Positions 28,852 to 38,229 of a stretch of 41,304 nucleotides of DNA are shown here, one piece after another. Source of the stretch: Bdellovibrionales bacterium (GTDB lineage: Bacteria > Bdellovibrionota > Bdellovibrionia > Bdellovibrionales > UBA840); the NCBI GenBank assembly GCA_037969075.1, contig JBBKWS010000069.1, positions 1 to 41,304 of the forward strand, in the 5' to 3' direction. Position 1 is the stretch's first letter; each line of letters opens with the position of its first letter. Below the pieces are notes generated by a model. It did not search any database and was not told the DNA's origin. It saw nothing but the letters and a program-made list of their open reading frames with translations. The translations under genes and the position numbers were made by a program.

Positions 28852-31821
28852 CTAGCTGGCGTCTTTTATCGACTCAATATCGTTTTTTAACGCCTCATTG
28901 ATTTCTCGTATATACTCTAAATAGTCTTTAAGATCATTTGGACTATACTTTACACCAGGGTTTTTAGCTTCAACTTTTAATATATAGTCATAGGCCTGGT
29001 CTGCGTAGAAATGCTCACGCCCTTCCTTCTCCTCAGGCACGTTTTCAAGATCTTTAACCATATATAAGAATGGCGCGTTACCAGCAAAATTACTTGCCGT
29101 TGAGAACACTCCGACATTTATCATAAACTTTGCCGCTGTGGTTAACTTTCTGGCCGTTTGTCTTCCTCCCGACTTAGCCAAATGAGCAAAAACAGTATGC
29201 CAATAGTTATCAAAATGTATTACTGATTTCTTAAATACCATTTTGTATTTAGCTGTAGAGTAGGTGGCGATGTATGCACCTTCCATCAAAAGCCTTTGTA
29301 CGTCAAAATCCTTCCAATTCTGATCTTTTACAATATACTGAGTTAAACCAATACCAATAACACTTACTGCGAAATTTATCATACTAGATCTAGTTGCATT
29401 ACTTCCTTCGGACACATAACTAAGAATAAAATCAATAATAGCAAAAGATACGATATTCACTCTAAAGTTCTCATCTTCTTCGAACATGGTAATCGGGTTT
29501 GAATATCCTCTTAACTGCATTTCGATTACCGTACCTACCAAAACACTTCCCAATACGTTAATAATTGGACGAGCAACAGTATCACCAAGCATTTGACTAA
29601 GATTTTTTGTACCAAAGTTTTTCCAAAGACTTCCTATCCCGCGCGAAAGTGTAACTGGAGATTTTACGGCCGCCGTAAGACCACGTAATGTTGCATGCCC
29701 TACCGCGCTCGCTAACATATTAATAGAGGTGGAGCCCTTAGGGTGTATGAAGTCACGAATCAATCTGCCAGCCGAATTACCTCTAAAAAAACTAAAATTA
29801 CTAAATGTAAATGCCGTGGCAGCCTGTATTGCAACAGTATATAACAGATCCTTATCCGTAAAGTTTGCTGAGTGTATATTGGCAGCATATGAAACTGCGC
29901 CTACAGCAGAGGCATTCGTAATTACTTTTCTGGCAAACAACCTGTACTCTTTGTTCTTATAATAATTTACGCTAATTAGCGCAGAATCAATTGCCATAGC
30001 CGCTAGCCAAGCTGGTGCTGCTGGTTTTAAAATTCCAAGCCCCCATGCACGAGATCTAGACGCAGAAGATATCTGCTTCTCTATTCGCCAAATACTATCT
30101 TTTAAGCTTGCTCGCCTCACAGCATTTTCTGGCGTTTTATCTAGGCTCTCGAGTTCGTTGAACACCCTAACCTTCTCAACCTCTAACAAACGAATATTTT
30201 TTAATTTTTCAATTTTATAATGATTAAACTCTGAAACCGCTTTCATTGCGCGCAATGATGTGATTTTGGCCTGCCCAGACAACAATGATATTGCAAAAAG
30301 CTGGTATACTTCAAAATAAGTAAGGTCAGCAAACTTATCAAATTGAAGATCAAAGCCATAGTTATCTCTAAATTTAGAATCTTGTTCTTTAAATAACTCT
30401 AACCTCTCAGGGCTCCACTCTGCAATCCATTGAAGGGACTGCTGCCTTATCTCTACAAGGGGGGCCAGAGCCGCTGGGTCACCTGAAATCATCGTCGCTA
30501 TATATTCTTGTATTCTTTTGACGGCGATAGGCTGCTCTTGTTTTAGCGCGGCAGATATGTAGTTACGAATTTGCAGCAGCTTTGTACGCCTACCTTCACC
30601 CTCTAATTGTTGTAAATCATTATAGTCATCTGCAATTCTTTCATACAATAGCTCTGATTTATTATTACTTGAGTTAGTTACTTTATTTAAAAGCACCGTA
30701 AAGTAGGGCTCAGTATAAAGCAGCTGATTATATGTTACATGTAGCTGTACAATTTGTTCATTGATAGTACCAATTTCACCTCTAGCCTTTTCATATGCAA
30801 GCCTTGTAGCATCGATATCTATATTAGCTTTTGGGATATATCGATCTCTAATGACTGTTAAATAACCGAGGTCAGCGCTGCCACTTTCTCCTGTAGCGCA
30901 AATAGTTAGCCTAGCAATTTCTTTACTTAGGTTATTTTGATCAAGAGCTGTAATATCACTTGCCGTTAACAATGCTTTAACTTCTTTTTCTTCAACTTTA
31001 GTGTCCGTCACACTTTCTATAATTTCTTTAGGACAATTGCTGTACTTAGTTTCTATCTCAGCCATCTTTTTTTCGAAAGTCTTTAGTAAATATTCTTTTT
31101 TTATTTTATAAGCCGCCTCATAGGACTTAGCTGTACGCACCAGCTCAACTTCCATTACCTTGCGATCAGCCTCTAGTTTTTCCATCGCATGCTTAGTTAC
31201 TACGAGTTGCACCGCCGGTAAAATTAAACTCTCTGCCATTAGCTGAAGGTGTAACTTAGTATCCGCTTTTTGAATGACTTGATTAAGGCTATTTACTTTT
31301 TTAGTAAGACCTGGATATCTTGATGAAATGACTTTTCCTGGGTTTATTGCCTCTACAGTTTCACCTAACCATGGAGCATACACTGGCCCAATTGTTTTAT
31401 GACTAGAGTTAAGCGATGCCCATAAATTCTGAGACTTTTCTTTATCCACCATTAACCATGATGTTAAGCCCTCGATGGCGCGATCCATACCTACGCGAGC
31501 CACTATGTACTGATACTTTAAATAAGGGTTGCTGCTATAAACCGAATCGGGACCATACTTGGCCATTAATGAGTAATCATAATGTCCTTTGCTGCCAATA
31601 GATTCAAGATCTTCTAAAATCCATTTTTTATCAAAGTCTTCTTGCATAAGAATATTCAGAAGCTCAAGCCTTTCGTTGGCCACGCTGAGCTGCTCACCCA
31701 ATGCTGTAAGCTGTGTTGATGAAAAACGATTTTGCTCACTAGCCGATTGACCCAAGCCAAAGGCCGAAGAGCTAAATACTAGTGAAAAGGTCAATAGTGC
31801 TACAATGAGTTTCCTAAACAT
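28852..31821 (-). CDS. Large exported hypothetical protein with coiled coils and a hydrophobic C-terminal region
   Basis: Long ORF; signal peptide from ATG 31821 (ORF-track start is GTG 31839); Ala/Gly-rich hydrophobic helices in the last ~400 aa. Confidence 0.85.
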   Translation of the reverse strand: MFRKLIVALLTFSLVFSSSAFGLGQSASEQNRFSSTQLTALGEQLSVANERLELLNILMQEDFDKKWILEDLESIGSKGHYDYSLMAKYGPDSVYSSNPYLKYQYIVARVGMDRAIEGLTSWLMVDKEKSQNLWASLNSSHKTIGPVYAPWLGETVEAINPGKVISSRYPGLTKKVNSLNQVIQKADTKLHLQLMAESLILPAVQLVVTKHAMEKLEADRKVMEVELVRTAKSYEAAYKIKKEYLLKTFEKKMAEIETKYSNCPKEIIESVTDTKVEEKEVKALLTASDITALDQNNLSKEIARLTICATGESGSADLGYLTVIRDRYIPKANIDIDATRLAYEKARGEIGTINEQIVQLHVTYNQLLYTEPYFTVLLNKVTNSSNNKSELLYERIADDYNDLQQLEGEGRRTKLLQIRNYISAALKQEQPIAVKRIQEYIATMISGDPAALAPLVEIRQQSLQWIAEWSPERLELFKEQDSKFRDNYGFDLQFDKFADLTYFEVYQLFAISLLSGQAKITSLRAMKAVSEFNHYKIEKLKNIRLLEVEKVRVFNELESLDKTPENAVRRASLKDSIWRIEKQISSASRSRAWGLGILKPAAPAWLAAMAIDSALISVNYYKNKEYRLFARKVITNASAVGAVSYAANIHSANFTDKDLLYTVAIQAATAFTFSNFSFFRGNSAGRLIRDFIHPKGSTSINMLASAVGHATLRGLTAAVKSPVTLSRGIGSLWKNFGTKNLSQMLGDTVARPIINVLGSVLVGTVIEMQLRGYSNPITMFEEDENFRVNIVSFAIIDFILSYVSEGSNATRSSMINFAVSVIGIGLTQYIVKDQNWKDFDVQRLLMEGAYIATYSTAKYKMVFKKSVIHFDNYWHTVFAHLAKSGGRQTARKLTTAAKFMINVGVFSTASNFAGNAPFLYMVKDLENVPEEKEGREHFYADQAYDYILKVEAKNPGVKYSPNDLKDYLEYIREINEALKNDIESIKDAS

Positions 31822-31848
31822 ATCCCCGAATTCTCCCACTTTCCTTAA

Positions 31849-31864
31849 TGCAATATAAATGCCT
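31849..31864 (-). promoter_or_regulatory. sigma54 (-24/-12) promoter
   Basis: AGGCAT-TTATA-TTGCA on the minus strand (GG-N10-GC), 27 nt before ATG 31821. Confidence 0.7.
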
Positions 31865-31971
31865 CAAGGAAAACGGTGAGAATGTCTGAATACGATTTAA
31901 AAAACAATATAATGCCAGTGCGTCTAAAATACTTACAGGTAAATTATAAAAATTACGTTTTTTGTCATAAA

Positions 31972-33492
31972 TTATTTTTGGGGTATGTTGATCATTTGTC
32001 CAATATAAATGCGGTTACCATTCAAACTATTAAAATCCCTTATGTCTTGTATAGAAATTCCATTATTTATTGCTATACTAGAAAGAGTATCCCCCGAACT
32101 GACTCGGTACTGAAGAATGTCACTAACAGCCACAGAAGTACTAACACCTTGGGGTTCCTTTAATGCCGCAATGAAATCAACACCATCTTTAATCGGTAGG
32201 TAAATCATTAGGCCTTTTGGAATTAAAATATTTTTATTTACGATCGAACTACTAAACTGCGGGTTGTATTTTATAAATGAGAAGCCATTATCCTCATAAA
32301 CCTTTTGTAACAACTGAGTAGAATATGACTTATCCGTTACAAACTCTGAATAAGTAAATGGACGCATCCATACTGGATTCTTAAAATAATGATCAGCCTG
32401 CTCTTCAACCTTTAGCGCTGCCAAATAACTAGCGTAGAAGTTTTTAGATGCAAAACCAAATCGACTAGACTTCCCAGTTTTAATAATTTCTACTAGATCT
32501 TTGGTCCCAAGCTTCTTGCTAAGTCTGGCTATTCCACTGGGTCCATAATTGTAACCTGTAACTGCTAACGGCCATGATTTAGTAAGTTCATAATTACTTC
32601 TTAACTTCTTCGCCGCCGCTTTTGTTGCCTCTATTGGATCATTACGATAATCAACCAGTGAGTTTACTTTCATATAAGACTTACCCGTTGATCTCATAAA
32701 TTGCCAAATCCCAGATGCCCCCACCTTCGATCTAGCATTTAAATTAAATGAGCTTTCAACAAAAGGTAGTCTGACCAATTCTATTGGAACCTTTTTCTCT
32801 TTAAAAATTTCGGTCATTTTACGTATATATCTACCCGAGCTAAAAATCCCTTGTCTAAAATAATCACTTTGCCCCAATTGAAATCGCAAACGTCCTTTTT
32901 GAGCCGCATCCTTATATTTATCTTTATCCGTTACATTTTCATACATCTTCCAAACCCGAAGATCTTCACTACTAAGTGTCGCGGGATCTCTGACACTTTG
33001 TAGCTGTAAAAGACGTTCTTTAATTTCTAATTTCTTTTGCTTCACTAAATTTTCTTTTGCTTTACGCTTTTGGTACTCATCTAAACTATTGTTTTTCATG
33101 ATTTCTGTGAAATCAACTTCAGCATAAATATTATCTATATATTCACTATCATGTAAAACACCTTGCCATGAAGAGTACTTTGTATAAATGCTCTTCCAAA
33201 AATTCACCTGTACAGCTAACCCATCTGGCACTTTAAACGAGGACTCATCATACCCTAAACTTCCTATACTATTAGAGTAGTCGGGTTTTTGCCAAGGCTC
33301 ACTATTTTCGGGATCAATTTGAAACAGTGGCTGCTCAAAAGCCACTGGAGTATCTTCTTCTTCTAAAAGAATAGAGGAATTTTCTTGATCAGATTTTTTC
33401 TCATTGTTATTTTTTTCTTTATTAAAAATAAAGTTTAACCACGATGCCTGCACTACGCTTGAAAATAATAATACAATAACAATAGTTTTCAT
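31972..33492 (-). CDS. MltD-like lytic transglycosylase with C-terminal LysM
   Basis: LPFVESSF (catalytic Glu), SKVGASGIWQFM, YNYG; LysM YRVSSGDTLSSIA...IYIGQMINIP. Confidence 0.93.
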   Translation of the reverse strand: MKTIVIVLLFSSVVQASWLNFIFNKEKNNNEKKSDQENSSILLEEEDTPVAFEQPLFQIDPENSEPWQKPDYSNSIGSLGYDESSFKVPDGLAVQVNFWKSIYTKYSSWQGVLHDSEYIDNIYAEVDFTEIMKNNSLDEYQKRKAKENLVKQKKLEIKERLLQLQSVRDPATLSSEDLRVWKMYENVTDKDKYKDAAQKGRLRFQLGQSDYFRQGIFSSGRYIRKMTEIFKEKKVPIELVRLPFVESSFNLNARSKVGASGIWQFMRSTGKSYMKVNSLVDYRNDPIEATKAAAKKLRSNYELTKSWPLAVTGYNYGPSGIARLSKKLGTKDLVEIIKTGKSSRFGFASKNFYASYLAALKVEEQADHYFKNPVWMRPFTYSEFVTDKSYSTQLLQKVYEDNGFSFIKYNPQFSSSIVNKNILIPKGLMIYLPIKDGVDFIAALKEPQGVSTSVAVSDILQYRVSSGDTLSSIAINNGISIQDIRDFNSLNGNRIYIGQMINIPQK

Positions 33493-34854
33493 TTACTTAA
33501 CCAATTCTGTTAAAATTTTATCGAATGTATCCTTAGCCTGATACACATTTTTTCCATTATACATCATTGCAAACGAATAAATATTAGATTCTCTATCCTC
33601 CGCAAAGCCAGCTAAGCCTACCACTGTACTTAGTAGCCCCGTTTTTGCTCTAACTTTCACACTCTTCCCCATACGTCCTTTAAGGGTGCCATCTACACCC
33701 GCGATAGGAAGTGCTGACAGAGCTTCGTACCTAAAAAAACTTTGATTTATGCCTAACAAGATTTTATTAAGACTATCTGCGCTGACTCGATTATCATAAG
33801 AGAGGCCTGAAACACTCTCTATTTTAAAATCACTTACGCCTATTGATGTAAGGTATCTTTGTACCACTCTCTTACCATCAAGCATATTTCCCACTTTACC
33901 CGTAGTGAGTGATAGATGCTTCACTAGCATCTCTGTAATAAAATTATTTGAGAATTTAAGCATATCTCGCAGGATCAACTGCAAATCTTTACTTTCTGTT
34001 TTTGCCACGACAGTAGAATAGTCCTTGCAACTACCAACTGTAACCTTACCTTCTACAGTAATATTTCTTTGTTGCAAAAATGCCTTTAAATTGTAGCCAA
34101 GCCAAAGCGCTGGTTGGGCCACTGATCGGTAAACTACGATTTCATCATTTTTAACACCTAAGCTTCCCTTAAGACGTATTTTTTCACCACTTGCCCCAAC
34201 ATCTAACCTATCAAAACTTAACCCCTGTTTAAGTTGATTTACAGAGCCCTTCACAGTCTTGACATCGTTTATAATCTGAAAATAATCATTTTCAGGATCC
34301 ATTTGTACTGACACCTTATTACCAATGGTCGTAGGTTTAATGTAAATATTCACAGCATTCCAATTGAATGAAGCTGCCGAAACTGGAGCATCATAGGCAC
34401 GACTTACCCTTGTGTCATCGCGGCCCTTATCAAAAATTTCATTATCAAAAATGGACTCATCTACCACTATATCCTTTTTGATTTTTTGAATCCCCGTTCT
34501 TTGCAAATTATTGACTAGAACCCACATAGACTCTGACACGAACGCCGGATCACCCGCTGCCTTAAAACAAATGCTATCTATGTTGGGTATTGCCTCGGTT
34601 TCTTTAATCCTAAGTTGACTCTGCCACTTTGTATCAAGATCTAATTTGTCGTAGACCGCGGCTGCAACCGCTATTTTAGTTAAGGAAGCTGGAGCCCTGA
34701 GTGTTTTTGAGTTCCAATCTAGTACCTTAGTGCCATCTAGCTTTGTGATGACAATCGAAGCACCTTCTTTAATAGAACTATTCGCAATAATTTTCCCTAT
34801 GTTTTCTGAGGAAAACCCAAAGTTTAGTAAAAATAGTAGACATAACTTGATCAT
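33493..34854 (-). CDS. dacB: D-Ala-D-Ala carboxypeptidase/endopeptidase PBP4 (peptidase S13)
   Basis: PASLTK (SxxK), GDP, SNN, SGLS..N, AGVDGTL, AKTG. Confidence 0.93.
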   Translation of the reverse strand: MIKLCLLFLLNFGFSSENIGKIIANSSIKEGASIVITKLDGTKVLDWNSKTLRAPASLTKIAVAAAVYDKLDLDTKWQSQLRIKETEAIPNIDSICFKAAGDPAFVSESMWVLVNNLQRTGIQKIKKDIVVDESIFDNEIFDKGRDDTRVSRAYDAPVSAASFNWNAVNIYIKPTTIGNKVSVQMDPENDYFQIINDVKTVKGSVNQLKQGLSFDRLDVGASGEKIRLKGSLGVKNDEIVVYRSVAQPALWLGYNLKAFLQQRNITVEGKVTVGSCKDYSTVVAKTESKDLQLILRDMLKFSNNFITEMLVKHLSLTTGKVGNMLDGKRVVQRYLTSIGVSDFKIESVSGLSYDNRVSADSLNKILLGINQSFFRYEALSALPIAGVDGTLKGRMGKSVKVRAKTGLLSTVVGLAGFAEDRESNIYSFAMMYNGKNVYQAKDTFDKILTELVK

Positions 34855-34875
34855 GATTTTTATAGTTTATATAAT
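34847..34875 (+). promoter_or_regulatory. sigma70 promoter for the solute-binding protein, overlapping the divergent dacB start
   Basis: TTGATC-N17-TATAAT. Confidence 0.7.
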
Positions 34876-34900
34876 TCTTCTCAGGGCACAAGGAGTTTCC

Positions 34901-36415
34901 ATGTTTAAATTTTTAGTTATATTTATCTTACCGCTTCTTGTCCTATCATGCTCAAAAAGCAATTATGAAAACCCTAACATACTCGTTGTAGCCGTCGACT
35001 CCGCTCCCCGCACACTCGACCCAAGGTACACTACCGATGCCAATGGACAGCGTATTGTGGGCCTACTGTTTCAATCCCTAGTACGTCTGGGTAAAAACTT
35101 AGAGATTAGTCCAGAGGCCGCAATATCTTGGAAATATGAAAAACTAACCTATACTTTCATATTACAAGATAAACTTACATTTTCAAATGGTGAAAAAGTA
35201 AGCGCCAATGATATCAGGTTTTCGTTTAGCGAGTACCAAAAAGCAGACTCCCCGTTTCGCTCCTCGCTTGCCATTATTGAAAACATTGAGGTCAGTGAAG
35301 AAAACGGTTTTGCAAAAAATGTTAAAATTAAGTTAAAAAATTACTCAGCTACTTTTTTAACAGATTTAATACCTGTTAAATTTTTACCCGCAGAGGTTAT
35401 AAAAAAACATGGCAAAGACTTCTCTAGGCACTTGGTTGGAAGCGGATACTATCAACTTGGTGAAGAGGATATTAACTTATATAAATTGAAAAAAAATATT
35501 TACTACCCCAATAGCCCAGTAAAAACTGATGAAATATATTTTAAAGTAATTCAAGATGATAGCACCAGATATTTAAAGCTGCGTAAAGGCGAGCTGGATA
35601 TAGCACAAAATGTAATTTCACCAATACGAGTTAAAGACTTTTTTAATAATGATAAATACCAAGTGAAAGTTTATCCAGGCCTGTCTATGACCTATATGCT
35701 AATAAACCTTAAAGACCCCATACTGAAAAATAAAAGTATACGCTCGGCCCTAGCAAAAGCGATCAACAGCGAAGAAATTATTAAATATAAAATGGAAAAT
35801 CTAGGAGAGGCAGCGACTTCAATACTTGGTCCAAATAACTTTTTTTACAACCAAAGCATTAAACCGATTGAGTACAATTTAGAAAATGCCAAAAACGAGC
35901 TCTTGAAAGTAGCTGAAACAATCAACTTACAATTAAAAACCTCAAATAGTTTAGATGTTATTGAAAGCGCTAAAATTTTAGCCAATCAAATTTCGAAAAC
36001 TAAAGTTCACGTAAGCTTACAAAGCTACGAATGGGGCACATTTTACAGTGATATTCAAACAGGTAACTTTCAATTGGCGCTCATGAGGTGGGTAGGTGCA
36101 ACAGATCCCGATATCTACAGAATTGCGCTGCATAGTAAAGAAATACCTCCAGGACGCAATCGAGGCTCTTATATCAATAAGGAGCTAGACCTATTGCTAG
36201 ACAAGGGCATTATTGCCTCAGATCTTAATGAACGAAAAAAGATTTATGACAAAGTTCAAGAGATTGTACGAGAGGATATGCCATTCATCCCCCTATGGTA
36301 TAACCACCAAGTAGCTATTTCCAATGCTAGAGTGTTAAACTATGTGCCTCGAGCAAATGGTGATTTTCTTGGACTGGTTGAGGCTTACAAGTTGGACTCA
36401 ACTAAAGGCAAGTGA
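34901..36415 (+). CDS. ABC transporter substrate-binding lipoprotein, family 5 (Dpp/Opp-like)
   Basis: AGGAG then ATG 34901; lipobox VLSC; TLDP, FSNG, VGSGYY, LRKGELD, PFIPLW. Confidence 0.92.
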   Translation: MFKFLVIFILPLLVLSCSKSNYENPNILVVAVDSAPRTLDPRYTTDANGQRIVGLLFQSLVRLGKNLEISPEAAISWKYEKLTYTFILQDKLTFSNGEKVSANDIRFSFSEYQKADSPFRSSLAIIENIEVSEENGFAKNVKIKLKNYSATFLTDLIPVKFLPAEVIKKHGKDFSRHLVGSGYYQLGEEDINLYKLKKNIYYPNSPVKTDEIYFKVIQDDSTRYLKLRKGELDIAQNVISPIRVKDFFNNDKYQVKVYPGLSMTYMLINLKDPILKNKSIRSALAKAINSEEIIKYKMENLGEAATSILGPNNFFYNQSIKPIEYNLENAKNELLKVAETINLQLKTSNSLDVIESAKILANQISKTKVHVSLQSYEWGTFYSDIQTGNFQLALMRWVGATDPDIYRIALHSKEIPPGRNRGSYINKELDLLLDKGIIASDLNERKKIYDKVQEIVREDMPFIPLWYNHQVAISNARVLNYVPRANGDFLGLVEAYKLDSTKGK

Positions 36416-36461
36416 CCGGCTTTTGCTTTGAGAATACAATCCTGTTTGTTAGACTTTATAT

Positions 36462-37358
36462 ATGAAAAAGCGCCATTGGATCATCGTTGTATTGCCTCTG
36501 CTTCTTGTGTGGATTATCGATCGTACCTCAAAAGTATGGGCCACCGGCCTTGTGGGTTTTCAAGATCATGGTTTCTTTGGATTCGTACTTCATCATAATC
36601 ATGGCGCTATGCTTGGGCTATTTTCAAACCTTCCACCACTTTTACGAGTAGTATCACTATCCGTCGGCGGAGCTTTTCTAGTATTTTCATATATCATCAT
36701 CCAATACTTACTTCCCAATAAATCCCTTGTTCTTAGAGCTGGAATGTCAATGCTCTTAGGCGGCATATTAGGAAATGTGTACGACAGAATCGTTTATGGC
36801 TATGTGATCGATTTTTTAATCTTTAGAGGCTTTGGAAAAATTAGTCCCGCCATGAATCTAGCCGACGTATTGCAGTGGTTTGGATATGGCATGATCATTT
36901 ATGCTTGCTTTAAAGAAAGTAATTTGTTGTGGCCAGAACAAAATTTACGAAAATCCTATTGGGTAAATCCAAAATTTCAACTTAGATATTGTTATATACT
37001 AAGCGCACTTGGTTTTGCTATCTCATTAATTGCAGGGGTATTTTCATACACTTACATAAGAATCACTTTAGAAAGTATGCCTAATATGACTATAGACATC
37101 GAAAAACAATTCTTGCACCCCTATATAGCTACCTTTGCCATGCTCACCTTTGGCTTCTGTGTGGTCCTATTCCTGGTAGGGCTGATCATCTCTCATAGAG
37201 TAGCGGGGCCAGTATATGCATTTGAAAATTATGTAAAAGACTTAATCGCCGATAAACCAAGAGCGCTAAAGTTACGAGCTGGCGATGAGTTTATGCACCT
37301 AGAAAAAGCAGCCGCAGAGTTAACTAAAAAAATGAAGCAAATTCTTCAAGATAAGTAA
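36462..37358 (+). CDS. lspA: Lipoprotein signal peptidase II fused to a 2-TM plus HAMP-like module
   Basis: DRTSK, NHGAMLG, GNVYDR, VIDF, NLAD (both catalytic Asp present); C-terminal SHRVAGP...LRAGDEF. Confidence 0.85.
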   Translation: MKKRHWIIVVLPLLLVWIIDRTSKVWATGLVGFQDHGFFGFVLHHNHGAMLGLFSNLPPLLRVVSLSVGGAFLVFSYIIIQYLLPNKSLVLRAGMSMLLGGILGNVYDRIVYGYVIDFLIFRGFGKISPAMNLADVLQWFGYGMIIYACFKESNLLWPEQNLRKSYWVNPKFQLRYCYILSALGFAISLIAGVFSYTYIRITLESMPNMTIDIEKQFLHPYIATFAMLTFGFCVVLFLVGLIISHRVAGPVYAFENYVKDLIADKPRALKLRAGDEFMHLEKAAAELTKKMKQILQDK

Positions 37359-38194
37359 GTATTAGACGCTCTTACATCAGTTATCTTATTGATGTAAAAT
37401 CTTTTATCGCGCATTTCTTGCGTACATAGTGCAATAACATAAGGTTGGTCAGGATTAAGCACCAAACCTTTAGGATGAATTTCTCGGTAGTAATTAGTTT
37501 TTGCATTTGAGGTCTGATAATTAATTTCAACTGCTCTTTTGGCTTTTATAGCCTCATACAAACTTGTCCTTACCTGAGTGTTTACAAAATTCTTCATTGA
37601 AAACAGTTCCCAAGCAAGTTGCTTTTCTTGTATTTCTTCAAGCTCTAAAAATGTAGTATCGGATTCAACGCGAGACATGCATCGATGAAATAAATCTAAA
37701 CAAGCCTTCGAGTCATCCAGCGCACGATGTGCCGCCCCCTGATCTAACTTTAAAAATTTAATCAATGTTTGTAATTTGTGGTTTGGGCTTTCAGTGATAA
37801 GAACCCTAGACAGTAAACTAGTACATAATGCCAAGTTTGTTGGATACTTTAGATTAAGTCTTTCAATTTCAATAGCAATAAAACCCAGATCAAACTGCAC
37901 ATGATGTCCAATGATGATTGAGTTGCCGATAAAATCTAAAAACTTTGGTAAGACCTCGTCTAAAACCGGCGCATCCGCAACCATCTCATTAGTTATACCG
38001 TGAATTCCAATAATAAAATCTGACATGGGTTTAGTGACTTTAACTAACGACTGAAATGTATCAACTACCACTCCCTCTTGATATTTAACCGCCGCTATTT
38101 CACAGATTTCTGAGTCTAAAGGATATGCTCCTGAGGTCTCAATATCTATAGCAATTATAGGCGATTCATAGGGGCGTTTACTCTTTGATAACAT
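37346..38194 (-). CDS. DEDDh 3'-5' exonuclease (DnaQ-like) with C-terminal WYL domain
   Basis: DIETSG, IHGIT, HHVQFD, HRALDD; C-terminal AIKAKRAVEINY...REIHP...ALC...KRFYINKI. Confidence 0.88.
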   Translation of the reverse strand: MLSKSKRPYESPIIAIDIETSGAYPLDSEICEIAAVKYQEGVVVDTFQSLVKVTKPMSDFIIGIHGITNEMVADAPVLDEVLPKFLDFIGNSIIIGHHVQFDLGFIAIEIERLNLKYPTNLALCTSLLSRVLITESPNHKLQTLIKFLKLDQGAAHRALDDSKACLDLFHRCMSRVESDTTFLELEEIQEKQLAWELFSMKNFVNTQVRTSLYEAIKAKRAVEINYQTSNAKTNYYREIHPKGLVLNPDQPYVIALCTQEMRDKRFYINKITDVRASNTYLS

Positions 38195-38229
38195 GAGTGA
38201 GAAATAGCAATAGATTTATGAAAAGGCTA

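Noticed and set aside
31876..32163. 95-aa plus-strand ORF
   Set aside because: Antisense to the LysM domain and covering the sigma54 upstream region; likely spurious.
34730..34900. N-terminal extension of the solute-binding protein in the ORF track
   Set aside because: It overlaps dacB on the other strand; promoter, AGGAG and lipobox all support ATG 34901.
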